64,000 bases of DNA. Source: Selaginella moellendorffii (taxonomy: Eukaryota; Plantae; Lycopodiophyta). Shown here piece after piece: positions 12,166 through 24,956 of the stretch. Both the position numbers and the translations under genes were made by a program. How positions within the stretch are numbered: the first letter of the stretch is position 1; each line of letters begins with the position of its first letter. The notes under the pieces were generated by a model. That model was not told the DNA's origin, did no database searches, and saw only the letters and a list, made by a program, of their open reading frames with translations. The stretch covers positions 687,955-751,954 of the forward strand of contig NW_003314275.1 in NCBI RefSeq assembly GCF_000143415.4. The letters are read 5' to 3'.

Positions 12166-15100
12166 TGTTAGGCGGCAGCTTTGACCATGTGGTCAACATC
12201 AGTCAAAGGGAGGTTCAAGGGTATATTAAGGCATGTTAGGGTAAAGGACTTAACCTACCCTAGGGCTCACAGTGGAGCGGCGGCACAATGGAGCTTTTGA
12301 GGTAGCTCAGGGGTGGTTGGGTGGTGAGAAACTTCAAGAGGTGGCGTAACATAGTCTAGGGTGGCTAGATCTCTGTCTTTTTGCACCAGATCATAACATT
12401 GGTATCAGAGAAGTTGGTTGTGATGATCGACCAAGTTGAACGCTGGAATCCTATTGTCAATGGTGGTGCCGATGATGGTGCTGACGGAGCTGCGGAGATT
12501 TGGACCATTCAAAATGTGGGTCATGAGCTACAAGCCCTTAATCGAAATCACCAAAAATAATGACTAATCTTCTACTCACGATAAGTTAGATACTAAAAAG
12601 TTGCAAAATTTGCAGCGTGAGGATGACAAGAACGACCATTCCGGTCGGAGGAAGAGACTTTCAATCATTGCTCGTTAGCTCAACTGTGTGTGGAACAAGA
12701 TGGAGCTCGAGGATACTCGTGAATCAGCTTTAATGCTGGAGGGCGTGTTCCATGGCGATCTAGTGCGGATTTTATTGGATAATGGGAGTAATGACAACTT
12801 TGTTTCGGCAAAGTTTGTTGCGGAGCATGGCCTGATCACGCGAGGAGTTCTTCCATACACAGTGGAAGGTGCAACTACCTCTGCTCAGCATTTTGATGTT
12901 TGTGTCAAGGGGCTGGAAGTGTTGGTTGGCAAAACCACACTTGTGGAGACTTTTTATCTCACAGATATTCATCGTGTGGATCTTATTCTTGGGATGCCGT
13001 GGTTGGTGAAGGTGGATCCGGAGATAAAGTGGAGTATTAAGCGTGTCTCGCTGGAGTATGGTGGCATTAAGATGTGTGGTTTGGAGAGGGAGTTCAACCA
13101 CCAGTTGTTATGCTCTCTGCTACATCTTTGAAGCGGGCTTGTCGTAATGGAAAAGCACTTTCGAGTTACGTGCTGTTTGTTCATGACTTGGGGGACCAAG
13201 GCATATGTGGGGGAGAAGCAGCAGTATGGGATGTACTTGAAGAGTTTTTTGATGTTTTTCCATCTGAACTTCCTCATGAGTTGCCTCTATTACAAGGTGT
13301 GGAGCATGGGATTACATTGGAGCCGGGGATACAGCCAATTTACCAGCATCCATTTCGGTTAAGTTATGTGGAGGAGCAAGAAGTTCAATGACAAATCAAG
13401 GAGTTACTTGATTTTAGATTTATTCAGCCAAGTAAATCTCCGTTTGGTGCTCTAATTTTGCTTGTGAAGAAGGACGGCTCAATGTGAATATGTATTGATT
13501 ACCATGCCTTGAACAAAAAGACAGTGAAGGATAAGATGTTGATGCCATGTGTGGATGATATCCTAGACAAGCTTGGTGAAGCACGAGTGTTTACCAAGAT
13601 TGGTCTGAGAAGTGGATATCATCAGATTGCAATGGATGATGCATTTATCTCCAAGACAGCATTCAACACAAGCTTCAGATATTTTAAGTTTATAGTTATG
13701 CCGTTTGGTTTGACGAATGCACCAGCTACATTTACTTAGTTGATGATGGAGGTATTTGGGCATTATCTTCATGAGTTTGTGGAGATTTTTTTGGACGATA
13801 TTCTTGTCTTCAAAAAGAATATGGAGGAGCATAAGGTGCATTTGCGCAAGGTTCTTTTGTTACTCCGAGATAACAAACTTTATGTGACGAAGAGTAAATG
13901 TGAGTTTGCAAAGTTAGAGGTGGAATATCTAGGCTATATTGTGACATCTAAAGGTGTTAAGATGGATCCAAAGAAGGTGGCTATGGTGGAAAACTAGCCT
14001 ACACCGAATATAGTGGCTGAGTTGTGCAGTTTTCTTGGTATGGCTAGTTACTACTGACGTTTCCAGCATAAGTTTGTAAAGGTGGCTATTCTTTTGATGT
14101 GGTTGTTACGCAAGAATGTGCTATTCGAGTGGAAGAAGCCACAAGAGGAGAGTTTTGTGGCACTGAAATGATTATTGAGTGAGATTCCAGTGCTTCGCAT
14201 TGCTAATCCATCAAAACCTTATGAGGTGACATGTGATGCGAGTGGTTATGCATTGGGAGGAGTTCTCATGCAAGAGGGACAGCCTATTGTATATGAGAGT
14301 CGAACTTTGAATCCTGTGGAGCAACACTATTCCACATATGAGCAAGAGTTACTCTCTATTGTTCATTCTTTGCGGACATAACGACACTATCTTTATGGTG
14401 CAGTGTTCGTAGTGTTGACAGATCACAAACCACTTATGTATCTTTTCACACAGAAGGAGTTGAACACTAGGCAAGTTTGTTAGATGGTCAAACTCATGGA
14501 GTTTGGGGAATTTCCTATTGAGCATCATCTGGGAAAATCAAATATGGTGGCAGATGTTTTATCTCGTATTCATCATATGACAACGTTACAAACACAATTT
14601 TGTCATTATTTGAGTAAGGTGGTCAGCGAGTTTGGGCAGTTGGTTGAGCATGCTCAAGCTTAGGATGCTGAGGTGGCCTCTTTGCAAGACCAGATAGAAG
14701 CCGCTTTCTCATTGGTGAATGGGATTCTCTATTACAATGGCTGTGTATATTTGCCATGGGTGGATGCATTAATTACTTAAGTTTTATTCCACTATTATGA
14801 TCGTCCAGAGGCCGGTTATTTTGGGGGGAAGAAGACGTATGAGTTGATTAAGCGCAATTTTTATTAAAGGAATATGAAGACTAATATCCTCAAGTATTGT
14901 AAATCATACAATCTTTGTCAACGCGTTAAGGTGCCACGGGAGAAGTCAGGGGGACTTTTGCAACCTTTACCTATTCCTCAGAACCGTTGATATAGTATCT
15001 CTATAGACTTCATCACTTGTTTGCCACAAACATAGAGGTAAAAGAAGCAAGTATGGGTCATAGTGGATCGGTTGATGAAGTATGTGCAGTTGTTGACTCT

Positions 15101-16096
15101 TTGGAAGACTGTCACTACCTCAAACTTGGCTACGGTTTACTTGGAGAAGGTTTTTCCTGATTTTGGTTTGTTGGAGGACATTATTAGTGATCAAGATTCA
15201 AAATTCACTAGTGGATTTTGGAAGAACTTTACAAAGGTTATGCAAGTGACTTTGAAACTCTTGAGTGGAGATCATCCTTAGATGGATGGGCAAACTAAGC
15301 GTGTGAATCAAGTGGTGGAAGATATGCTACATTGTAGCATTGGTCAAAGGCAAGGACAATGGGATCTATATCTTCTGTTAGTGCAATTTTCTTACAATAA
15401 TAGCCAACACAGTGGAATCAAACTAAGTCCTTACTTTGTTATGTTTGGCAGGCATCCCCAAACAGTGGTAGAGTTGGGATTGCATTTGAGTAAAGATGTT
15501 CAAGATAAGCTTGATTCCGAGGCAACTGATCTGGCCACAAAACTTAATGAGATTCTGGTGGTGTGCAAACGAAATTTGCAAGTAGCTTAGGATAGAGCGG
15601 AGAAGTTTGCTAATGAGCATCACCAATTCCGGGAATATAAGGTGGGTGATCTCGTCTTCATGCGAGTGATCTTTCCGTCAAGTGAGCGGTGGAACACCTT
15701 AGTGCCTTTACGGACAGAGAAGAATGATAAACTTTCCCATCGATATGCTGATCCATATGAAGAGTTGGAGTGCATTGGTAAAGCAGCTTATCAGGTGCAG
15801 TTGCCAACTGGGGTGAAAATTCATTTAGTATTTTAAGTCAGTCAGTTGAAAGGTGTACTATCTCGGAATGATGAGCCCAATGCCTCTTTGATGTATACAG
15901 CTATGGAAGATGGACCAGGATCTTGAGCAAGGTTCCCTAGAAAGGGTAATCACCGGTACAACTCGTCCTTGGGACAAGTTGGAGGGGGGGGGGGGGAATT
16001 GTTAGGTGCCAACTTTGATTATGTGGTCAACTTCAATCAAAGGGAGGCTCAAAATAGTCTAGGGTGGCTAAATTTTTGTCTTTTTGCACCAGATCA
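12166..16096 (+). mobile_element. Ty3/gypsy element A (pol-only, decayed)
   Basis: 5' LTR 12166-12398 (tgttagg...taaca); PBS tggtatcagag 12400-12410; protease ILLDNGS; RT ([24 protein letters not shown]); RNase H (TCDASGYALGGVL); integrase; PPT 15981-15998; internally deleted 3' LTR from 16000; TSD GAAAT (12161-65) / AAAAT (18148-52). Confidence 0.92.
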
Positions 16097-16143
16097 AATG
16101 TTAGGATCCTATCCCTTACACCCTAAGCCAACTAACTAAAGGG

Positions 16144-17806
16144 TGTGAGACACAAAATCCCTAGGCCCCAAAGTGGAGCCGGAAAGGGTGCCACGTGGTA
16201 GTGGCCGAAGCGAAAGCCAAACGAGCATAACACGTTTGGACTAAAAGCTCCGACTTGGAAGGTCGAGAGCGAGAGTGGAACTCCCAACAAAGTGCTCGAG
16301 GAGCAAGCACGAGGCAACCAATAAGCAAGGCTCCAAAAAGGGACCCAAAAAGGACCAACACATGACACGTGGAAGTGTCTGAGATGGAGTCCAAGGCGGA
16401 CCCGAGATGGAGTCCAAGATGGACCCGAAGTGGAGTCCGATATGGAGTCCGAAGTGGAGTCCGAGATAGACTCGAAGTGGAGTCTGATATGGAGTCCGAG
16501 ATGGACCCGAAGTGGAGTCCGATATGGAATTCGAGATGGAGTCCGAGATGGACCCGAAGTGGAGTCCGATATGGAGTCCGAGATGGAATCCGAGATGGAC
16601 CCGAGATGGAGTCCGAGATGGAGTCCGAGATGGACCCGAGATGGACCCGAGATGGAGTCCGAGATGGAGTCCGAGATGGAACCGAGACCGAGGCCGAGAC
16701 CGAGACCGAGACCGAGTCCGAGTCCGAAACCGGGACCGAGACCGAGTCCGAGTCTAAGTTCAAGCCCGAGTCCGAGTCTGAATACTAATACAGGCAATTG
16801 GGTGAAAGCCCAAAGCGATCGTCCCCTAAAGGGGGGGGGGGCTGCGGGGGGTTCCAAAAGTATAGTAGGGAGAGTGTGGGGGTTGGAGCCCAATGGAGCC
16901 AATTTGGCCAGGAAAGGCTAGTTTGGCCTAGGAAGGCCAGACCTAGTGTTGGGTGATGAGCTGACCACTGGGAAGTCCAAGACTAGAGTGAACACAGACC
17001 GACAAACGGGGTAGCTTGGTGAAGTGTTCAAGAGCCGGCTCTAGTTCCCCCGGGAGATCGACTGGCCAATGCTCCCAGTTCAAGTGTGGGTGGCACTACC
17101 TACTTGGATACCAGGCGTGGCTCAACGGAACCTCGCTCTAAGCCCATGGCTAGAGCACCCAAGGGCGGAAGGTGGGGAGAGTACCTAGGTGGCTCGCGTA
17201 AGGCCACGGTGTTCCGAAATGTTGTCCCAAAGGCCCAGACTGTGGAAAGGAAGAGAAGCAGTCCTCTGGGGTAGTGACCAAGGACACAGTCGTGTGGTGA
17301 GGAAGTCCCAGAGGACCGTGGGACTTAGTGGTCAGGCCTGTGGGCCTCAATCTAGTGGCAGTGTTGGCAAACACGGCCAAGGGCAGAAAGGGATTTAGTG
17401 GGGACTGACAGAGGGATATTGGGGAAGGCTATTCCCCTTGTTGGTGGGCATCCTAAGGATGCTAAGGAGTGGATCTAAGATGACCACTCATGGATGGTTT
17501 GCCTAGTCTTGGAGAGCCAAGACTGTGATACAAATGGTATTGGACTACCAGTGTGGCAAAGGTGATTGAGCATGGCCTTAGCATAACAGGTTGCCATGTC
17601 GGTGGTACTTTTGAGTGTCGGTCATGGGATCGGACACGTGGGGCACTTGGACCAAGTGCAAATGATAAGTGGCATGGATGCCATTCCCGGGGCTAGCAAG
17701 TCCCAAGTCCTGAAATGGACTTATGGAGGTTGTGATTGAGACTCCTCCAAGTGGTCGGAGGTGTGGTTAAGTGACTAAAGTAGAATGGAAAATTTAGTCT
17801 CTTACA
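16144..17806 (+). mobile_element. Solo LTR, family 1 (1.66 kb)
   Basis: tgtgagac...gtctcttaca termini; 5-bp TSD AAGGG at 16139-16143 and 17807-17811. Confidence 0.93.
16380..16780 (+). repeat. Hexamer-register array (GAGATG/GAGTCC/GAGACC variants) inside the LTR
   Basis: Directly visible; explains the low-complexity ORFs in all frames (MESE, SPRW, RPRP, GLGL). Confidence 0.95.
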
Positions 17807-19811
17807 AAGGGGTGATCACTTGATTGCAAGGCCTTTTCTTTATCCTATTATCCTGACTTGATGCCTAACAATCCTCCCCTTGTCAAGGAATGATCGTCTG
17901 CGATCATACTTAGGCCACCCTTCAGTCACCATGGTCCTTCTCTTAGGGTTTACCAAACCTTGGTTTTCCCTCTAGATCCACCATGTTGAATATTCCTTCA
18001 AAATATTTTTACCCAACTTGTTAACCACAAGAATTGAATTAGGCTTCGATACCAATGTTAGGATCCTATCCCTTACACCCTAAGCCAACTGGCTAAATCA
18101 CTTGATTGCACTTTCTTTATCTTATTATCCTGACCTAGTGCCTAACAAAAATGGTGTTGAAACTTCATCTAGACATCAATGAGTTTGAAGTTTTCATTCT
18201 AAATGACACACTAGATAAATGTTACTGTTTAAGATAGTTTGGATGTTTGCATCCTTGTTCATTTGACCAACAAACTAGATACTAGTGAATTATATACTCT
18301 AGTAAAGAAACTTATAAAGCGTAACAAATGTCTTCTCTGATATAGTTCTTATGTGAGTGATCATATTGAGGATTATCCAATGTTCCAATAATTTTACATG
18401 TATGAGTTTTTTGAGAAGAAGTTGGAGGTAAAGGATTGGCAACTTTATTACTTATCATAACCTCTTCGATCACAAGATATGAAACTGATTGAATTTTTGG
18501 CAAGAATTGTTTTCAACAAAATTAATGAACTTACCATTTTTACACAACTATGGCTTTCAATTTGAACTATATTGGTATATATACTGATGCACAGAAAGTC
18601 ACTTTTATGTATGCTATAATAGCAAAAACAATATGAAATTGAGTTAAAGATGTTACTCTATCAGATGTATCTAAAGATGTTTCTATATATCAATAAGTTC
18701 TACCACTTACGTGATGATATGTACTATTAAGAAACAAGGTTTTATTAGCTAGAAATTTTGATATAAGAGGTGAAAATATAGTAATATACTCACATTTTAA
18801 TAAATATATCTTTGGTATATCTACTTTTTTTGCACATGAGTGGGTTTTGTTTGTAAAAAACTCTTATTTTATAATAATTATTTTCTGTATAATGGGAATC
18901 AATCTGGAATATTCCTTTAATCAAGCCTAATTAATTAGCTAAGTATATGTGTTTTTAGATAATATAATTAATAAAAATTAAGAAAATGATTAATATACTA
19001 AGTGAGACTCAAAATGGTCTCACTTTAACAAAAATGGGTTTTATTGTACACCTGACAAAAACAAAAATTAACATGAAGTGTAGAGAGGAGAAATTTGTGA
19101 GCAGCAACAGAGAATATGGCTTATCCTGAAGTTTTTTCAAATTTTCTTTTGTAGTTGTAATTTATATTAGTCACTAAAGTTTTTCTTATTGTTTAATAAT
19201 TATATTTTGGTAGTGTTACAGTTAAAATACAATAATACATAAACTAAATCCATAATATATTACTAATAGCAACTCTAATTGGACAAATTGATAAATTTGA
19301 TGTTACTTTAGTGGCAACCACATCATTGCACATAGCTCATCACTCATCTATATAACATTTATTTGTATTTGTATTAACTTCAATATCCTTATAACTTTTA
19401 TTACTAGCAATGTCAAAAGTTAACTCTTAAACCCAATTTTCTTTAAGAATGTGAGTTTGTTACCTTTGCTATTTCACATCTAAGTGTTGGAATGATATTT
19501 TATACTTTCAACCAAAGCTTTGCCTAAAACTTTTGATGCACATTTTAAAATATAATAAACATTTTATAATTAAAATTGTAAAATTTTTAATCAATTATCA
19601 TTATTTGTTTAACTATTATAACATAAAGCATCAGAAACCTGAATAATACAACATTACAAAAAATAGAAAAGGAATCATTCAGTTTTAATAATTAAAATAT
19701 TGGCACTTGCTCTTGATTCTAGTCCTTAAATCTCACCACCTAAGATAATTCCATCTGCACCTCTGCAATGGAGAAGGAATTTCAGATTATTTCTCAAAAA
19801 AATTCTCAGTT

Positions 19812-22800
19812 TTACTTACTCTTTTTCACACTGAGCTTTGGCTCCAAACACTTGCGCATTTCCGTGTTCTTAACCCATCCGAACATTCTATGTGCATACG
19901 TCTTCTGAACTCGTTCTAGTTTCCTCATGTCTGCAGTAGAATCCAGAGAGATGTCGACCAGGTCTTTCACTTTGTCCTTGGATGAGAATGCATCCAAACC
20001 TGGAGTGCAAAAGAGAACATCAAGTGATTGAATATGAAACAGCACAAACGTACCTTGAATGACCACAATGTGTTGGAGACGATCATCTGAAGCAAAATAC
20101 CGTTCCCATGACTTGAATACAGGGTGTGATCTATCCCCATCATAGCCTTCTTTCCATCCCTGAAGGCCTTTGCATTCCGGATGAGCGTCATGTAGAGCCA
20201 TTGCCATGGACTGATTTGCAGGCGTCTTCTTCAGCAATGCTTCTGTGACAAGTTTCCTAGTTCTGTAACGAACACTGCTGGAAGGCACATGGGCCACATT
20301 CAAAACCAGACTGGCGTATGGCACCTTCAACCCAGTCCAACCTTGAGGCCCTGCACTGCTACTCAACATCTCAGAAAACTCAGAGCATTTAGCACATGCT
20401 AAATCAACATCAAGTTTCTCAGTGTGTTTCACCTGCACCAAAATGAGTGTCATCGTCTCCAGGCTAAACGTGTCACCAAAGAACCCAACGATGACGATGT
20501 CTATGCCCCATTCATTTTCACGGCAAATGATTCCTACGCCAGCCTTTCCAAATTCAAGCAAATCTTTTGCGGTGAGGTCCTGCAGTCGGAAGTCAGTTTT
20601 CCTGAATAGCAAGCAAAAAAACATGGCTTCACCCATGTTTCTGTGGATTTCCTCTTTACCACTTCCATCTATAGAGCCACCTGCTTGTTTTGTTTCCCCT
20701 TCACCTTCAGCATTGTGCGTACTTCCACCTGGAGCTTTCGAGGCCGTCAGCGTTGGAGATGGCAACTTCACCTCAGGTGGCGGCGTGTTTACTTTGACCT
20801 GCGCTTTTTCTCCCGGAGCTTTGGACAGGGACGCTGAAGCCACCTGCCGCTGACCCGGAAATTTTTTGTTTACTTTAACCCTGCTTCCCCTTGCGCTACG
20901 CTTCAAAGCCGAGGCCGGAGGTGGCGTTATGTTTACTTCGACCTGCGCTTCTTCTCCACCACCTGGAGCTTTGGGGGTCGGAGATGCTGAATTCCGCTCA
21001 TCTTCTCTAATAAGATCGGACAGCGACTTCCCACTTAAGCTATGGCAAAGCTCGTCAAAAGTAAAGCACTTCCATGAATTTCTGCCTAGACTATCCACTG
21101 CAAGTAGTAGCAGCACCCGTGCAACCAACTCGCCCCTGTAACCTCGATCAACCCATCCACGCTTCATCCCAGTTACAAGTGCCTCCAAGCACTCCTTCCA
21201 CCCTGTCCCAACCTTCCCTTGTGCACGCAAAACCTGCGCTGCAGCCGCTGCAACCAGTGGCTCCGTAGCCCAATGCGTCCAAACAAGAGTCTGGTCATCA
21301 GAAATGGACATCACGCTAAGTAGGTGACTTGCAACCATATCAGTGATAATTGTGGCATGCGGATTGATGTCGATGCATACTCTGCAGCCCAGTGTAGCCA
21401 GACAAGCCTCATCTGATAGACCTCCTCCTTCAAACAAAAACTTGTTGAACGAACCAGTGCCACCCAGGAGCTTATCTGCAGCCAAAAGCAGCACGTCACC
21501 TGCACTTGCGGAAGCCTTCACCAATGCTTGCCACAGTGGCCGACCATAACCGCAAAGACGACCCAGATCTTCAACTTCAGCAAGCAGAAGGTCACCTGTT
21601 TGTTCGTGCGATGGCAAGTCTGCCAAGAAAAAGCAGTACGCTGGATGTGCAACTAGCATTCCCGCCGCAGCCAGTCGATCGCTACTAAACCCTAAACCAG
21701 ATGCCTTATTGGGCGGCGCAAAATTGTTTAGCCTCCCGTCTGCGTCGGTGAACATCACCGACACACTTCCATTTTCAGGCAACACCCTGGAAGCCCTCCT
21801 TGCAGGAACAAATGCAGCAACAATTGTCGGATCAGCATGCGAAGTAAACCATCGGGCTTCGTCCATGACAAATAGGACCTTCAGTTTTCCTTTGGCAGGA
21901 GCTGGAACATTCGACAGTAGACCTTCAAGCGTGTTGTACTTCTTAAACACCTTACTTTCCCAGATGCCCCAGATATTGGTGTTCTTGCCAGGCTTCTCTT
22001 TCAGGCCGACGTCAAGGCGCTTCGCAAACTCCTCCCGGGCTTCGCTTCCTATCTCCATCTTCGCCTGTACCAGTCCCCAAAAGTTCTCCCCAACCATGAG
22101 ATCGTTCAAGAACCTCTTGGCATCCATGGGGTCCTCCCCGGAAGTCAGCTGCAGAAGAGCCTCGATGCATGACACAAAGTAGTCAATGCAGAAGAGCATG
22201 AACCTGCTCTGCGACAAAAGCGTAGGACCCGAGCTGAGCAATTTGACGGCGTTTGTGTAGAAGAAGTCCGCAAAGGCAGACCTTGGAGGGTACGCGGTGC
22301 CAGATGAAGCGAATGAGCAGTAGATGACGAACACACCTAAATTCGCAACCTCGCAGGTAGTCCTCGACTTTCCCCAGCCACTCGACTGAACTAACGTGAC
22401 AACAGGTGCTATCATGGTTTTCTCCGTCTTCCACATGTCTCCTGTTTCTTCCAGCTTCTCACGCAACGACTCCACGTTGTCTAATCCCCCAACTCTTTGG
22501 TACTCCTGCGCAAATGCTGATTCGGCAATACCCTCCACTCTTTTCAAGTATTCAGGTGGCGGCTGAAGGATTTCAGAGAGCTCGCGTTCCAGTTTCGACT
22601 CATCCTCCTGGAGTTGACTCACCCGCACTTTCTCTGAGGCTATCTGCTCCTTTAGTTCGGCATCCTCCGGGGCTTCCCACAATTTGTAGTTAAGGATTGC
22701 AATTTCCGTAAGTGCCTCGTGCAGACGAATTTTCACAAGAGCAATCTCACCTCCTTTAAGTCGCTTTTTCTCCTCCTGCTCTCCCTCTTCATTCGGCTCT

Positions 22801-22832
22801 CGCCCACGCTTTCTAGATGAAGAGGCGTCCAT
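19812..22832 (-). CDS. Crinkler (CR)-type P-loop NTPase + PD-(D/E)xK restriction-endonuclease-fold protein, intronless, 1006 aa
   Basis: Walker A VTLVQSSGWGKSR; Walker B VLFVMDEAR; GRPLW; GYRGELVARVLLLLAVD helix; C-terminal REase-like GIDIVI...ILVQVK; N-terminal basic NLS-like and coiled-coil segment. Confidence 0.78.
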   Translation of the reverse strand: MDASSSRKRGREPNEEGEQEEKKRLKGGEIALVKIRLHEALTEIAILNYKLWEAPEDAELKEQIASEKVRVSQLQEDESKLERELSEILQPPPEYLKRVEGIAESAFAQEYQRVGGLDNVESLREKLEETGDMWKTEKTMIAPVVTLVQSSGWGKSRTTCEVANLGVFVIYCSFASSGTAYPPRSAFADFFYTNAVKLLSSGPTLLSQSRFMLFCIDYFVSCIEALLQLTSGEDPMDAKRFLNDLMVGENFWGLVQAKMEIGSEAREEFAKRLDVGLKEKPGKNTNIWGIWESKVFKKYNTLEGLLSNVPAPAKGKLKVLFVMDEARWFTSHADPTIVAAFVPARRASRVLPENGSVSVMFTDADGRLNNFAPPNKASGLGFSSDRLAAAGMLVAHPAYCFFLADLPSHEQTGDLLLAEVEDLGRLCGYGRPLWQALVKASASAGDVLLLAADKLLGGTGSFNKFLFEGGGLSDEACLATLGCRVCIDINPHATIITDMVASHLLSVMSISDDQTLVWTHWATEPLVAAAAAQVLRAQGKVGTGWKECLEALVTGMKRGWVDRGYRGELVARVLLLLAVDSLGRNSWKCFTFDELCHSLSGKSLSDLIREDERNSASPTPKAPGGGEEAQVEVNITPPPASALKRSARGSRVKVNKKFPGQRQVASASLSKAPGEKAQVKVNTPPPEVKLPSPTLTASKAPGGSTHNAEGEGETKQAGGSIDGSGKEEIHRNMGEAMFFCLLFRKTDFRLQDLTAKDLLEFGKAGVGIICRENEWGIDIVIVGFFGDTFSLETMTLILVQVKHTEKLDVDLACAKCSEFSEMLSSSAGPQGWTGLKVPYASLVLNVAHVPSSSVRYRTRKLVTEALLKKTPANQSMAMALHDAHPECKGLQGWKEGYDGDRSHPVFKSWERYFASDDRLQHIVVIQGTFVLFHIQSLDVLFCTPGLDAFSSKDKVKDLVDISLDSTADMRKLERVQKTYAHRMFGWVKNTEMRKCLEPKLSVKKSK

Positions 22833-23219
22833 AGCTTGAACTTAACCCATAAAACTCACAAGATCCCTAGATTCCTTGGTAATTTAGCTTTTGAAACAAT
22901 CGTCTTCAACCAACGACAGCCAGATTATTAGGTGAAAGCTAATAAAATAATAGAGCTTATACTTATAAAGATTATGGAGTTATTTAAATATGTATATAAA
23001 AATATGTATAGAAACTTAATAATGAATGAAAAAATGTTTAAATAAAAATTACATAAATATTATGGCTATATAGATAGAATGAAATTCTTCTTATTATTAT
23101 TATTGTGGAAGTCCAAAGTATCATAGAAGCTAATTTATTTAGATACATTAATATATCTAAAAAAACTGAGTTTTATTTTTTATTAAGTTAATATATCTTC
23201 TATTGCATTTATCTTTTTT

Positions 23220-23264
23220 AATATATATATATATATATATATAAATATATATATATATAAATAT
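23220..23264. repeat. (AT)n microsatellite
   Basis: Interrupted (AT)n run in an AT-rich intergenic region. Confidence 0.9.
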
Positions 23265-24956
23265 AAACATTAGGTATAATATTATTAAGTAATGTTTGAA
23301 GATATTATTGATTATTAGCTTCATTTAAAAAAAAAGGTTTCATATCCATCAACAAAACTATAGATTATATAATCTCCTACTAATTTTTTCAATGACAAAT
23401 ATATTATATATATTAACTAAATCCATTACACACCATGTGAGTGCATTGAATATAGAGAAGGAATACAAAAAGCGTGTATATCAATTAGCCCAAAAACCTT
23501 AGTTTATATATAAGAGCAAGTGGTCCAGATTGAAACCAATCCGACAGTTACTAAATCCCACTATACTAATATTAATATACCATATCATAGCTATACACTT
23601 AGACCTCACATCATCCCCTCCTCTCAGAATAATGGAAGACCATCAAAGTTCTCTTGTAGATAAGCCAGGATCTGAAGGAACGTTAGGAGGAGGCATTGGC
23701 AGATATATAGGTGGTATCAATTATTCTTGATCCCTTTATATAAAGTGTTTTAACCATTGTACATGCATAATTTTTAAAGGATTAGCCTATTGGACATCAT
23801 GCTGAACTTCATAAACTTGTGGTTCAACTTGCTGCAACACTTGATATGGTCCTTTCCACTGAAGAACCCCTTATAAGTCACAAATTTTTCCTTTTCAATT
23901 TGCTAGCTTACCTCATTTATCCGACCAACACTACCTTGACTTTTAGTTAATTTTCCTCGCCAAGGTTGCCACCTATTATACCAGCTCCTACTTGGTCCTA
24001 CTTGGTTTCAACTACTCATTGCACAAGCAATGGAGTGTTAGCTATTTATCCATGGATTCCCAAATCTCTCCCAATCCCCCTCCCTGGGTTAGACTGAACT
24101 TAAAGTTCGGCTACACTCCCCGCAGGCACAAGCAGCCAAGCACACCAAGCCTCCAGGTTCCTAACATCCCTTGGTATAACAAGACTTGATCATGGGACCC
24201 TCTAAATCCCAAGCCTTAGGTGCAACACTTACTTCGGGATGTCGAGGCGAAACACCATGGCCTAACAGCCCGGTATGGGTACCTCTACCCCCCCACTTCC
24301 ATCCCGAAGGGAAGGCCTAAGCCCCTAGGAAGGGCGAACACCAATGAGCCACAAGGTACTTAAGTGGGGCACCACTCCACATGAGCCGGGAGCACCGTAG
24401 TTGGTTTCCCTTCCATGAGTGGGAGCTGCTCTTTGGCACTTTCTTGGGTGGCCCTTTCGGCACCACCCGAGTCCATGCTCACTCCCATCCAAGGCCCTTC
24501 AATCCCAGTCTCAACCTCAAGTCAGTTTGGAAGCACCACTGGAGAGTTCCTTCAAAACTGGTTCCTAGACCTCACTATCCCTACTATACTTTTGGAACCC
24601 CTTGCAGCCCCCCCCCTCTACCTGTATTAGTACTCGGACTCAATCTCGGACTCGATCTCGAACTCGATCTCAGACCTGACTTCGGATTCAGTCTCGGACT
24701 TGATCTTGGACCCAACTTCGGACTCAGTCTCGGACTTGATCTTGGACTCAACCTCGAACCTGATCTCGGGCTTGACCTTGGACTCAGTATCGGACCCGAT
24801 CTCGGATCTCGGACTTTGTCTCGAACTCGGTCTCAAACTCGGTCTCGGAGTCAGCCTCGGACTCGATCCCGGACTCTATCTCGAACTCGGTCTTTGAGTC
24901 GGTCTCGGACTCGATCTTGGACTCGGTCCCATCCGATAAACTCTTTATTATTTCAG

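Larger units (their letters stand above)
16099..18147 (-). mobile_element. TRIM family 1 (~90-110 bp LTRs, ~185 bp internal), interrupted by a solo LTR
   Basis: LTR tgttaggatcctatcccttacaccctaagccaact...cctaaca at 16099-16143 + 17812-17870 and again at ~18056-18147; PBS (minus) tggtatcgaagc ~18043-18054; PPT (minus) aaggggagga ~17872-17881. Confidence 0.88.

Noticed and set aside
16132-16921. Long overlapping ORFs (also 9750-10356, 24381-25068, 35189-35678)
   Set aside because: Artefacts of stop-poor hexamer arrays inside LTRs.
16940-16990. Hammerhead ribozyme / retrozyme in LTRs (gtgatgag; atgatgag near 26103)
   Set aside because: No intact CUGANGA core with a correctly placed GAAA and stems could be found by eye.
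20422-22693. Plus-strand ORFs opposite the 1006-aa gene
   Set aside because: Antisense shadows with no motifs.
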